A stretch of 63,891 nucleotides of DNA, counting the filler, from Octopus bimaculoides (taxonomy: Eukaryota), in the NCBI RefSeq assembly GCF_001194135.2. It is 9 parts of 8 records of this genome, joined end to end, with 100 filler letters (N's around TTAATTAATTAA, not from the genome) between each part and the next. Parts side by side here need not be neighbours in the genome. Positions count along the whole stretch, not along the records: positions 47,106 to 59,766 come from NC_068988.1; positions 59,867 to 61,176 come from NC_068992.1; positions 61,277 to 62,532 come from NC_068986.1; positions 62,633 to 63,891 come from NW_026312365.1; 5 more parts are not named here. One strand, 5' to 3'. The notes beneath the pieces are model-generated. The model was not told the DNA's origin, made no database searches, and worked only from the letters and a program-made list of their open reading frames with translations. The translations under genes were made by a program, and so were the position numbers. The stretch's first letter is position 1; each line of letters starts with the position of its first letter. This document shows positions 51,630 through 63,891 of this stretch, piece after piece.

Positions 51630-52990
51630 TTGTGAGAATCCTCTGCACGGTTTCTCACAAGATTCTCGAAGGATTCTCTCCTAATACACAGACGCTGCAA
51701 ATTATCTTTTAATTTGTCTTGATACGTTAGAAATGGCCGGCCTACATTACATTGTGAATTTACAAGCTGACCATAAAAGATGTGTTTTGGCATTCGACCA
51801 CTGTTTATGCGAAGGATGTGTCCACACCGTAGCTTCTGAGACTTCATCAAGAAAGCCTCTATAATGAATATTCCCCCGCATCTCCAGAATATTGCTATTT
51901 TTCGTCCCATCATTTCACTCAACCTTGCATATTTGCCTGAGACATCGCTTATGAAACTTGCACCATCCTCTCCTGGGGTTTTTCCATTTGTCAATTGTTT
52001 TATAGCCACTTTCACTTCATCCAAACATGGATCCAATGTAAGAGAGTCAATTACCAGTTTTAATTGACTCTAACTCTACTTTTGTATCTGTATTGAGTAC
52101 ATCTTTACAATGTTCTGCCCAACGTTTCAACAAGTCATTATTATCCGTGAGAAGATTCCCTTCTGTAGAAAGAACAGGAAAGCACCCTTCGTTACTTGGA
52201 CTGAATACTCACTTCAAATTTTGATAAAGACATTCCATGTCGTGGTTGTCCGTTGATTCTTACAGAGTTTTATCCTTTTCTTCCCACCATCTTTGCTTTG
52301 CTTCATTCTTCTGCGCTTAATTTAAACAGAGTTTTTGACAGATTTGTAAAGCCTTTTCTTTCTGGCAGTGTTCTTATGTGCAAGCTATCTTTGTACAGTC
52401 TGTACATTTCTTGAAGCTCTTCGTTTATAACCTTATCATTTTCATCAAACCAATCTTAGTTTTTACGACATGAAAACTGAAGACCTTCCCTGAATGACTC
52501 ATAAACAATATCTCTAAGTTGACTTCATGATTCTTCTATATTTCCCATGATTCTAATATTAATAATAACTTTCCATCAATTGTTTGAATGAAAATATCCT
52601 GGTTGTTATCCACTTTGAGCTTTGAAATATCAAGTATCCTTGTGATTTATTTTTACGATTTTGTTTTATAGCCAGCTTTGGTCTTATTTTTATCTTACTA
52701 CAAGGCAATAGCATGGTCAGACCAGAATTCTACCGAGTGGGAAAAATACGTGTTAATATAGCATTATTTCTATCTGGATCTTAGCCAAGCACATAGTCAA
52801 CCAAGCGATGATGACCTGGTCGAGGATGATACTAAGTTATTCTGCTTATATTGGGATGTTGAAAAAGTGTATTGGTGACAGAAAGGCCAAATTCACTGCA
52901 CAAAGATATTAGCAGGAATCCATTTGAGTTCATTTTGCCAGGAATATCAAGAACATCTGGTCAAGAAAGTTAATCTGATTCAACGCGGGC
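51630..52990 (-). mobile_element. RTE-clade LINE remnant with the reverse-transcriptase domain deleted
   Basis: PCLDEVKVAIKQLTNGKTPGEDG (pre-RT motif) joins directly to KFHKRCLRQICKVE*ND (another frame) and IEAFLMKSQ..GHILR...MPKHIFYGQL (post-RT). Upstream, WSDHAI...IRPKL...LDISKLK marks the endonuclease end and linker. Confidence 0.88.
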
Positions 52991-53597
52991 ATTAAAATCT
53001 CCTAAGAAAAAAGTTTTACAGTTCTATAGTTAAGAGATGAGGAATTATANNNNNNNNNNNNNNNNNNNNNNNNNNNNNNNNNNNNNNNNNNNNNNNNNNN
53101 NNNNNNNNNNNNNNNNNNNNNNNNNNNNNNNNNNNNNNNNNNNNNNNNNNNNNNNNNNNNNNNNNNNNNNNNNNNNNNNNNNNNNNNNNNNNNNNNNNNN
53201 NNNNNNNNNNNNNNNNNNNNNNNNNNNNNNNNNNNNNNNNNNNNNNNNNNNNNNNNNNNNNNNNNNNNNNNNNNNNNNNNNNNNNNNNNNNNNNNNNNNN
53301 NNNNNNNNNNNNNNNNNNNNNNNNNNNNNNNNNNNNNNNNNNNNNNNNNNNNNNNNNNNNNNNNNNNNNNNNNNNNNNNNNNNNNNNNNNNNNNNNNNNN
53401 NNNNNNNNNNNNNNNNNNNNNNNNNNNNNNNNNNNNNNNNNNNNNNNNNNNNNNNNNNNNNNNNNNNNNNNNNNNNNNNNNNNNNNNNNNNNNNNNNNNN
53501 NNNNNNNNNNNNNNNNNNNNNNNNNNNNNNNNNNNNNNNNNNNNNNNNNNNNNNNNNNNNNNNNNNNNNNNNNNNNNNNNNNNNNNNNNNNNNNNNN

Positions 53598-53702
53598 AGG
53601 GAGGAGGGGAGGAGGGGAGGAGGAAGGATGGGAGGAGGAAGGAGGGGAGAAGGAAGGAGGAGAGGAGGAGGGTGTGGTGAAGAAGAAGAAGAAGAAGAAG
53701 AA

Positions 53703-53733
<31 letters not shown>

Positions 53734-53735
53734 TC
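53598..53735. repeat. (GGA)n/(GAA)n/(GAT)n tract
   Basis: Simple repeats after a gap. Confidence 0.92.
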
Positions 53736-53904
53736 ATTGCTGACACATTTGTGTGAAATGAGGAAAACAATCTCCTCTCGAAGCTAGAAACTGTCCCAGA
53801 TTTTGAACGATTCGAGTTTTACACTCCTTTAGGAAAGGATGCCATTTCTCTGTCAATTTGTCAGTCTGGCTGTGTGCCTTCATGCATGGCTGTCTGTCTG
53901 TCTG

Positions 53905-53996
<92 letters not shown>

Positions 53997-53998
53997 AC

Positions 53999-54041
<43 letters not shown>

Positions 54042-54887
54042 CGTTTCCTGTCTCTCTTTCTCTCTCTCTCTCTGTTTATCATACACACACCCACTCACAA
54101 AATACAAACGTATATATACACAGACACGCGCTGCTACAGGTTTCAACACCACTGCTACCAACACCGCAACCCCCCACAACCTAAGCCACCACAACCCCAC
54201 CGCCGCCGCCGCCACCACCACCACCACCCGTCTCCGTTCTTCTCATTCCGTCCTCTCGGATGTAAGGAAGGCTATTCTAGTGTTATTGCTACAATCGGTG
54301 AATGAAGTCCATAGTTGGATGAAATATAAAAAAAAAACGTAACAATTGGATAATGGTGAGTTGAGATATATATATATAGCAGAAATTAGACGACAAAATA
54401 TGTGGAATTTGCAATAAAACTAGGAATTTAACACCAGAAAACCCATCATAAACAAATTGCCCATTGATTATATTTGAAAAAAACTTAAAGCTGCTTAGCA
54501 AGGGAAACAACTCTAGCTATGTTTCTTGAGAGTTATCGTTCTTGAAATTAAAGTTTTTTTAGTAAATTTTGTTTCGGGAATTTCGTTACCAATTCTGTTA
54601 TTTTTTATTGATTGTAATCATTACATTGTGGCCATGCTGGGGCACATCCTTCAACGGTTTAACCAAACAATGAACCCCAGGACCTTTTTTTAAGCGACTG
54701 GTGTACACTTTACCGGTTCTTTTGCCAAATCGCTAATTTATCGGGGTGTAACATTGCCACTCGCTGCCAAATACAAACATGAACACACACACGCTCACAC
54801 ACACACACATACAAACACACATACATACGTACATACATACATAAGTGTATGTATATTTATATATGTTTATATATATCCGTATATTAA

Positions 54888-55371
54888 AGCGGTGAGCTGG
54901 CAGAAACGTTAGCACGCCGGAGGAAATGCTTAGCGGTATTTCGTCTGTCTTTACGTTCTGAGTTCAAATTCCGCCGATGTCGACTTTGCCTTTCATCCTT
55001 TCGGGGGCGATAAATTAAGTACCAGTTACGTACTGGAGTCGATCTAATCGACTTGTCCCTCCACGAAAATTTCGGGCCTTGTGCTTAGAGTAGAAAAGAT
55101 ATATACAAATATCTGTGCGCGTGTGCGCACGCTTGTGTATACACACTTTACTACCCACAAGGGGCTACAGACAGAGGGGACAAACAAAGATAGACAAACG
55201 GATTAAGTCGATTATATCGACCCCAGTGCGTAACTGGTACTTATTTAATCGACCCCGAAAGGATGAAAGGCAAAGTCGACCTCAGCGGAATTTGAACTCA
55301 GAACGTAAAGGCAGACGAAATACCGCTAAGCATTTCGCCCGGCGTGCTAACGTTTCTGCCACCTCGCCGCC

Positions 55372-55432
<61 letters not shown>

Positions 55433-56230
55433 GTGTGTGTGTGCGCGCGCGCACGAATATATATAAACGTATATAAGTATATATATACACACCCATGCAT
55501 ATGTATGTATTTGTGTGTGCAGTTGATGAAAATGTCTATTGAAGATAATCTTCATCATCATCATCATCGTCATCGTTGTCATCACTGTCTTCGTTATCAT
55601 CATCATCATGTTCATCATTATAAGAGGTGGCAATGCGGCGGGCTGGCAGAGTGGTTAGCACGCCGGGTGAAATGCATAGCGGTATTTCGTCTGTCTGAGT
55701 TCAAATTCCGCCGATGTCGACTTTGCCTTTCATTCTTTCGGGGTCGATAAATTAAGTACCAGTTACGCACTGCGGTCGTTGTAACTAGACCTCCCCCTCC
55801 ACCAAAATTTCAGGCCTTGTGCCTGTAGTAGAAAGGATTATTATTATTGACATTGTTGTTGTTGTTATTGTTGTTGCTGTTGTTGTCGACGAAATGCTGC
55901 CAAGCTTATCGTCCATCTTTTAGGTTCTCAGTTCAAATTGCGCCGAGGTCGATTCTGCCTATTATCCTTCTGTGGTCGATCAAATAAATACCAGTTGAAC
56001 ATTGATGTCGATTTAATCAACTTGTTTCCTTCCCGCCACTGCTGGCCTTGTGCCAAGCTTTTAAATCATAATCATCTTTGACAAAATGTCGCAAAGCATT
56101 TTGTGCGCCGGACAAAATGCTTAAAGGCATTTCGTCCGCCTTTACTTTCTGTGCTCAAATTCCGCGGAGGCCGATTTTGCTTTTCATCCTTTCGGGGTCG
56201 ATGAAATAAGTATCAAACGAGTACTGGGGG
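54888..56230. mobile_element. Cluster of five SINE family B copies (+54888, -55115..55370, +55637, +55885, +56085), CpG-intact
   Basis: Near-consensus heads and bodies in both orientations, separated by microsatellites. Confidence 0.9.
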
Positions 56231-56247
56231 TATTATTATTATTATTA

Positions 56248-56289
<42 letters not shown>

Positions 56290-56291
<2 letters not shown>

Positions 56292-56850
56292 GAGTGAGAG
56301 AGCAGTGCATGCCATCAAAGTCACACTGGGGTAAAATATACGAAGCCCAATATACCCATCATGACTACCCGTCTGATAAGGGTATACCAGGCACATGCAT
56401 CACAACCATATGTGCGCGACATGGTGATCTCATATCAAGATAAACAGCGCATGACCTCGCAGGTGGGGCCCAGTTAGAATTTTCTTCAGGTCGAGTAGCC
56501 CATCCCGCTCAAAAGGTCCCTGAAAAAGGTTTGTTTAAGGATGTTGAACGAAACACCCATGTTTCCAAAGGTGAATTATTCAAACCCCAAAGAATTCCTC
56601 TCAACATATGGCTATGATGCTCCCCCACTACTTCTGCTCGTGATCAGAGATGCACATATCGTCAGCCACCAAGGGACATGCTCAGCTGGTTAAGGTCAAT
56701 CTTGTTACAAGCAAATCTGTGGTATTGAGCAGAATATTTGCTGTAGCCCATCTTTTTATACAAAGACAAAACAATGTACATGATAACACTTCCAATCAAT
56801 TAAGATCAGAAGCCATGAGAGCCACTGCCTGGTACTGCATCCGGGCATTA
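56290..56850 (-). mobile_element. Family F interspersed repeat, CpG-intact
   Basis: Colinear with 44613-45150. Confidence 0.88.
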
Positions 56851-57061
56851 TTAACGTTTATGGTTTCCTTTTGATTATACCTTTATTTCAGCTGCCTTTG
56901 TTCCGGGCATCCTCCAGAGTCCAAGAGCAGCAAGGGCACATTTGTTTTGCTATGCATGCTAAAATTACCGCCACATTCATTCCATTTTAGGTGGAGAGTG
57001 CTTTCCGTAGTATATGGGCTGTACCTATCTAGGTTATCTTTTGTAATTCACAACCCCCTTC

Positions 57062-57498
57062 TCAGTTCCCTTCTTTATACTTCTTAAAATATTTAAATGT
57101 ACGGGTCACCCTATGTACGCGTGATACCCTTAGGTCTAATCTATTATTAGTCAGGTTGTTCTTGTCCCTATACTTAAAAATCTCATAAGTTTCCATACAG
57201 TACAGCTCATACCCGTATCGACTATCTCTATAAGGCTGCGCTTTCTGTATTATATCCCATTTAAGGCTAAATTCGATTCCGCTTTCCTTCAGTTCCCAAA
57301 TCTTGTTAGATAAGGACACACAATAGGCTTTATGTTTGAGTTTAAAAGATGAAAAATGGTTATTAATACGTTTTTTCAAACTTGTCGAACATCCTATAGT
57401 TATAAAGTTTGCAGCCTATTAGTAAAGCTACAAAAATATAACAAAAATCACAATAAACTGCTACTCAGAGTTTCACGTTCTCGTTCGTCGGACCGTTT
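57062..57498 (-). mobile_element. Penelope-like element fragment: GIY-YIG endonuclease C-terminal half, preceded by a hammerhead motif
   Basis: ORF 57062..57379 KKRINNHFSSFK...LSNKIWELKE...KWDIIQKAQPY...LTNNR.DL resembles the PLE pattern FKxRxNNH..SF..LSKYIWELK..KWSI.KA.PY..LLNKRSEL. Confidence 0.85.
57455..57498 (-). ncRNA. Type I hammerhead-like motif (CCGACGA core)
   Basis: AAACGGU-CCGACGA-ACG(AGAA)CGU-GAAA-CUC(U)GAG-UA^GCAGUUU. Confidence 0.6.
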
Positions 57499-57501
57499 TG
57501 C

Positions 57502-57547
<46 letters not shown>

Positions 57548-57700
57548 ATANNNNNNNNNNNNNNNNNNNNNNNNNNNNNNNNNNNNNNNNNNNNNNNNNN
57601 NNNNNNNNNNNNNNNNNNNNNNNNNNNNNNNNNNNNNNNNNNNNNNNNNNNNNNNNNNNNNNNNNNNNNNNNNNNNNNNNNNNNNNNNNNNNNNNNNNNN

Positions 57701-58012
<312 letters not shown>

Positions 58013-58906
58013 ACATATATGTACGCAAAAACATATGTACATACATACATATTCGTGTGTGTGTTTATGCGTGAGTGTGTGCGCATTTGTTTGTATGTGC
58101 GTGTGTGTGTGTGTGTCTCTCTCTCTCTCTCTGTCTCTCTACCTCTCGTTGCTCACTTTTATTCTACTTCCTCCCCTTCTTTTCCCTCTGCTACTCTTTC
58201 TCTTCACACAGCCTTGGTCACGTGTGTCCGGCTGCTATTTCTTTTCGTTCTTGGTATCACCAAGCTCGCAGGTACTTCTTTGCCCCTCCTGTACGTGCTT
58301 CACAGCGTTCGAGACATACACACTTCACGTCTGGCTGTACAGTCTTTTTGCTTGTTTGTTCATTCNNNNNNNNNNNNNNNNNNNNNNNNNNNNNNNNNNN
58401 NNNNNNNNNNNNNNNNNNNNNNNNNNNNNNNNNNNNNNNNNNNNNNNNNNNNNNNNNNNNNNNNNNNNNNNNNNNNNNNNNNNNNNNNNNNNNNNNNNNN
58501 NNNNNNNNNNNNNNNNNNNNNNNNNNNNNNNNNNNNNNNNNNNNNNNNNNNNNNNNNNNNNNNNNNNNNNNNNNNNNNNNNNNNNNNNNNNNNNNNNNNN
58601 NNNNNNNNNNNNNNNNNNNNNNNNNNNNNNNNNNNNNNNNNNNNNNNNNNNNNNNNNNNNNNNNNNNNNNNNNNNNNNNNNNNNNNNNNNNNNNNNNGTA
58701 CTGCCTTAATTCTTCGAAACGCCGGTGTTTTAATGGTGGCAGCTGATGAAGGAGATGTTTCTATGTGGCATGCTTGTTTGTTGTACCTTGTTTATCATTT
58801 TGTCCATGTTCTTTTGCCACGTCATGTACCCAGTTATGTATCTATATGTACATGTAGATGAAGGTATGTACATACATGTACATATATATGCATATACTCA
58901 TATATT

Positions 58907-58947
<41 letters not shown>

Positions 58948-58959
58948 TACATACAAAAT

Positions 58960-59620
58960 ATGGGGTTTAGTTCACAGGAGATCCAGAACGGACATAATCA
59001 TTTACTACTAGATTTCCTCCCCAACCTCTATAAACTAGAAGAATGCCACTGGAACTTACTATTCTCTTTAAATTCCTTTCATTTTGCACTATTTTGTTTA
59101 TTTTGCTTTTTTAACATTATCGTGCTTTTAACATTATCCTCTCTCTTATCTTCTTGGCTATCTTTGTACTCTATATTCTTAGTCACTATATTTTTATATA
59201 CCTTGCTTTATCCTCAACGCCAATCCTACCTCGCTTTCTATTTATTTACTTTTCTTTCTTTTTATCACTGAATAGCCACATCCACTACCATCCTGTCACT
59301 GAACGTTGAGGATATGTCCGCATCTTTTTTCTGGATATTTACACTATCATGACGTTAACCTACATGGATTTACGCAGGATTGCACCTAAGGACTTATGGA
59401 CTGTGAACTTTTATGCTTCCTTTTCTTCTCTTTCTTCTCCTTAACCTTTTACCCCTTTCCTCTATGACGTCATTTCATTAATCTATACTCTTCCCATTTT
59501 CCCTATTTGTCTCCGATGACGGAATATCCCATACTCTGGGAGTATTCCAGAAACAGCTGCAAGACTTTGAATCTTTTCCCTAATAGTAACAATGTATATG
59601 ACTTGAGATTTTTGCCTTAC
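58960..59620 (+). mobile_element. Probable Penelope-like 3' terminal region
   Basis: Pyrimidine-rich tail ending in a hammerhead motif; the family assignment rests mainly on that motif. Confidence 0.45.
59509..59565 (+). ncRNA. Type I hammerhead-like motif (CCGAUGA core, GCA at the cleavage triplet)
   Basis: GUCU-CCGAUGA-C-GGAAUAUCCCA(UACUC)UGGGAGUAUUCC-A-GAAA-CAGCUG-CA-AGAC: helix I GUCU/AGAC, long helix II, palindromic CAGCUG. Confidence 0.6.
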
Positions 59621-59685
59621 TTTAACGTTTGTTGCCCTCTTTAACAATTACATATATACATATACAAACATACATACATATATAT

Positions 59686-59766
<81 letters not shown>

Positions 59767-59913
59767 NNNNNNNNNNNNNNNNNNNNNNNNNNNNNNNNNN
59801 NNNNNNNNNNTTAATTAATTAANNNNNNNNNNNNNNNNNNNNNNNNNNNNNNNNNNNNNNNNNNNNTATATGTGTGTGTGTGTGTGTGTGTGTGGGTATG
59901 TGTGTGTGTGTGC

Positions 59914-59955
<42 letters not shown>

Positions 59956-60829
59956 CCTTTTTTGATTTGATTTGAATGACTCCATCCTGATACTTAGTGA
60001 TAAGAGCACGTATTCCTATATTTCAAGGTTAATACCTTTTCGTCAAGAGTAAACAGTATAGTGTTAATGTTTAGTTCATATGTATGCGAAAGTGATGTGT
60101 TACAACAACCAATTTGCTGCATATAATTGTCATCTGTTGTTGATAAATCACTTCTCATTACTTTGAGGAGTTTATGCGCGTGATATATGTATGTGTGTCT
60201 ATGCATATATATATATATATATATATTAAAACGGGGACTCTCGAAGCAGATAACGCTATATTATAATGTTAGGGTATAACTATTGGTTTAAAAAATCTTT
60301 TCCATATAAAAAGTCGAACTCTCTCCTACAACATCAAATGCATACATACATAACTATATACATAAATACATATACATATGTGTGTGTATGTATGTGTATG
60401 TATCCGTGCATATGTGAGTATGTGTGTCTATGTACGTATGTATGTTTAAGACGCAAAGAATTGATACATCGCAGGAAGTAAAGAAATATATGTGACGTTG
60501 TTTTCAACAAGAGACTGAAAAAATATAAATTTTATCTCGGTAGATAAGGGAAATTTTAAATATGATCAGAGAAAAATTGTAAATAAAAATTTGATTAAAA
60601 TGTTCAATGGCATCAGTAAGTTGAATGCCTGCATCAATTGATCAATAGTTGATCTATGGTGATTAAGAAGCGGGGTGGACGAACTTTTGGAATGTATCGA
60701 AAACATTTGATATTTGGACAGTCTTCAACTATTGATTTTTTTTTTTTTTTGATGGGTGGTATCATATATCAGGAGTCGCTAGGTTTGTAAGGGAAAATAT
60801 TCAGTAAAATATTCATCATTCCCGATGAT

Positions 60830-60908
60830 AATGACGATGACGATGGCAAGAAGGTGATGATGGTGGTGATGATGATGATGATGAGGTTGATGATGATGAG
60901 AGTGATGG

Positions 60909-60939
<31 letters not shown>

Positions 60940-60967
60940 GATGATGATGATGATTATGATGATGATG

Positions 60968-61027
<60 letters not shown>

Positions 61028-61034
61028 GTGATGG

Positions 61035-61075
<41 letters not shown>

Positions 61076-61176
61076 GTGGTGATGATGATGATGATGATGG
61101 TGATGGTGATGATGATGATGGTGATGATGGTGATGATGGTGATGATGATGATGATGATGATGATGATGGTAATGAT
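60830..61176. repeat. Long (GAT/GGT)n microsatellite
   Basis: Source of the poly-Met ORF. Confidence 0.97.
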
Positions 61177-61625
61177 NNNNNNNNNNNNNNNNNNNNNNNN
61201 NNNNNNNNNNNNNNNNNNNNTTAATTAATTAANNNNNNNNNNNNNNNNNNNNNNNNNNNNNNNNNNNNNNNNNNNNATATATTTATATTTATATATTTGA
61301 TCCTTTATATTGAACACTCAATATTTCATCTACATTCAATACTTTATTTCATGGTGCCATCCATTTTTATTTTATTTTATATTATATATTGTATATTATA
61401 TTATATATTGTATATTATATTATATATTGTATATTCCATATTCTATACCCCACATTGGTTCTGCAGGAATATAAATAAAACATAAAAAACAGTGTTGGAA
61501 CTGTTTTAAACAAAATAATATATTCCTCTATACACAATCATACAAAAAACCCACCTTTTTTGTATTTATTTTTACTCGCACATATATATATATATATAGC
61601 AATGTAACTACACACATGCTGTTGG

Positions 61626-61756
61626 CGATTTCTTTTCTTTTTGGGACTTTTCCCGTTCTCCTTTCCGACGAAGAGCTATGCTCGAAACGTTAAAAACTCC
61701 CTCTTTTTTACTGAGCGTCAAACTAATGCATTCCTTATGCACGTCCTCTTGCTGTC
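61626..61756 (+). repeat. About 130-bp Penelope-type terminal repeat, copy 1, with hammerhead motif 61662-61694
   Basis: UUU-CCGACGA-A-GAGC(UAU)GCUC-GAAA-C-GUU^AAA; near-identical to 62252-62381. Confidence 0.75.
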
Positions 61757-61850
61757 TGTTATCGTTAATTTCATTGTTCGTTTATCTAAAATGACTATAC
61801 ATACATACATACAAACATACATACATACAAACATACATACATAATACATA

Positions 61851-61914
<64 letters not shown>

Positions 61915-62251
61915 TATATATATATGTATATGTATACGTATGTATGTATGTATGTATGTATGTATACATACGTGACAGACTTTGGGTTAGATTGGGGTTA
62001 ATGTTTGGAGAGAGAGAAAAAGAGAAAAATGGAGAAACAGAATCTGAGTGAGTGAGAGAGGGAGAGAGAAAGAGAGAGAAAGGGGTTAGAGAGAGTGAGA
62101 GTTGCAAGAACAAATTGATCCACACAGATATAACAGAGGCCACACCCAATAAAGATACACAAACCGCACAAATACGGTACTTGAGCAAAATACACTCTCA
62201 TTACAAAATGGATGACCGCGGGGGCAGATCTCGGTGGTAGTAGCAAATATT

Positions 62252-62381
62252 CGATTTCTTTTCTTTTTGGGACTTTTCCCCGTTCTCCTTCCGACGAAGA
62301 GCAATGCTCGAAACGTCAAACACTCCCTCTTTTTACTGAGCGTCAAACTAATACATTCCTTGTGCACGTCCTCTTGCTGTC
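62252..62381 (+). repeat. About 130-bp Penelope-type terminal repeat, copy 2, with hammerhead motif 62289-62319
   Basis: UU-CCGACGA-A-GAGC(AAU)GCUC-GAAA-C-GUC^AA; direct repeat of copy 1 at 626-nt spacing. Confidence 0.75.
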
Positions 62382-63427
62382 AGTTACCCTAAATTCAGAG
62401 TTTGAATATAATACAAAAAAATCCAGAATGAAAATATTTCTCATCAGTATCAAACCACGTATATGAAAGTCATAAAATGTTCTTCAGGCAAATAATGTAA
62501 TATTTAAATTTGAATGTAAACATGTTACTCACNNNNNNNNNNNNNNNNNNNNNNNNNNNNNNNNNNNNNNNNNNNNTTAATTAATTAANNNNNNNNNNNN
62601 NNNNNNNNNNNNNNNNNNNNNNNNNNNNNNNNAGGAAATCACGTGTGATCCGGCACTTCCAGCTGCTGTAGCAGACGATTCGAATCGGTCATTGATATAA
62701 TTTCGTGTGCTTTTATTCACCACATGTCGATATGAGAGCACCGCTCAAGGTAAATAACGCTGTACTCTCGGTTGTAAGACAAAATTCACGTAAAGTTGGA
62801 GATCAAAAGTTTCTTTAGCTATTAATACAGCTCCTCTTAATTATAATTAAAACATAATTATTATTATGATTAAAACATAGAATTGTTATTATGGAGTTGT
62901 TGAAGTATGAAGTATCATGGAAAGAAAGAATAACACATTTTGCCTTAAGTCTCCTATAGCACTTTCTAGAATAGCTGCGCATATAGTGGATTTCTCAGCA
63001 AATTAAGATTTCCATATGAAAGACAACAATAACAACTTCAGAGACGAAAGAATTAAGGAATATTCTTATTAAAAGATATTAGTAATTACCGAGTCTACGA
63101 TTATCTTTGGATTATGAATTCCATGCTCTAAATTGGTGCCACATGTTTTGCTTGTTCATTCTTTCTTTGTAATATATATCTACCAGCTCAATGGTTAACC
63201 ACTTATAGCCAGTCATTCTTAAGCGACTACAATATCACTCCTGTCTTAGTCGCAGTTCAAGCTAGAGCTTTAGTGATTAACCAACTTGAGCACTTATTGT
63301 ATATGTCACATCATTAGACGCAATTTGCTCTCTCTCTCTCTCCCTCTCTCACTCTCTCTCACTCTCTCCCCCTCTCCCCCTCTCTCTCTCTCNNNNNNNN
63401 NNTCTCCCTCTCTCTCTCCCCCTCTCC

Positions 63428-63461
<34 letters not shown>

Positions 63462-63891
63462 TATTCTTTTATTCTTTTATTGGTTTCAGCCAGAAGCTGG
63501 GGTCATGCTGGAGCATCGCTTGTCACTGTTTTGGGGTCTCCTATTTGTTCTGTTTTCGGTGAAGGAGCGAGTTACTACAATGAAGGCTCACCTGGGATTT
63601 CAGATAGAAATTTGCCCAGGTGCTTTTAGAAGGTCTCCACATCTACACCTCGCAAATCTCTGAAGTTGTTTGGCAGGATGTTTAACTGTTGTGATCACCT
63701 GAAACCCAATCTGTTGCAATACTAAGGTCCTTATCCGAGATCAAGAAAAGGGAATCTAGAATAATATGTAGTACCGTCCAGTTCGTTGGTTGGTATAGCT
63801 TTCAATTCCAAAGTTCGGAGCTATACATAAATACATACATTCATACAGACAGAGACAGACAGACAGATAGATATACAGAGATGTCTTTGTA

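Noticed and set aside
56880-56930. ctggagga-tgcc...ggca-gctgaaat as a second hammerhead of the Penelope fragment
   Set aside because: Core and helix III deviate at several positions; suggestive only.

Overview
AT-rich, gap-ridden animal genomic scaffold. The repeat families and very dense microsatellites look like a coleoid cephalopod, most likely Octopus; this is inferred from repeat recognition, not from a database search. No complete protein-coding gene can be read, and nearly all listed ORFs are microsatellite or N-run artefacts. Securely recognisable content: two decayed mariner transposase fragments, a Gypsy LTR with tRNA-Ser PBS and gag start, an RTE LINE lacking its whole RT domain, a Penelope GIY-YIG fragment, about 40 copies of several SINE-like families, and eight artificial TTAATTAATTAA gap markers. 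A CpG-depleted domain (about 21.8-46.7 kb) next to a CpG-rich promoter-like island (about 47.3-48.8 kb) suggests a methylated gene body, probably on the minus strand; only low-confidence exon candidates were found in it. The most interesting signal is a set of minimal type I hammerhead-ribozyme motifs. One has a canonical core and sits in a hairpin-rich element with a 347-nt repeat period (17.2-17.6 kb), resembling a retrozyme. Four others carry a recurrent non-canonical CCGA(C/U)GA core, and two of these form a direct-repeat pair 626 nt apart.
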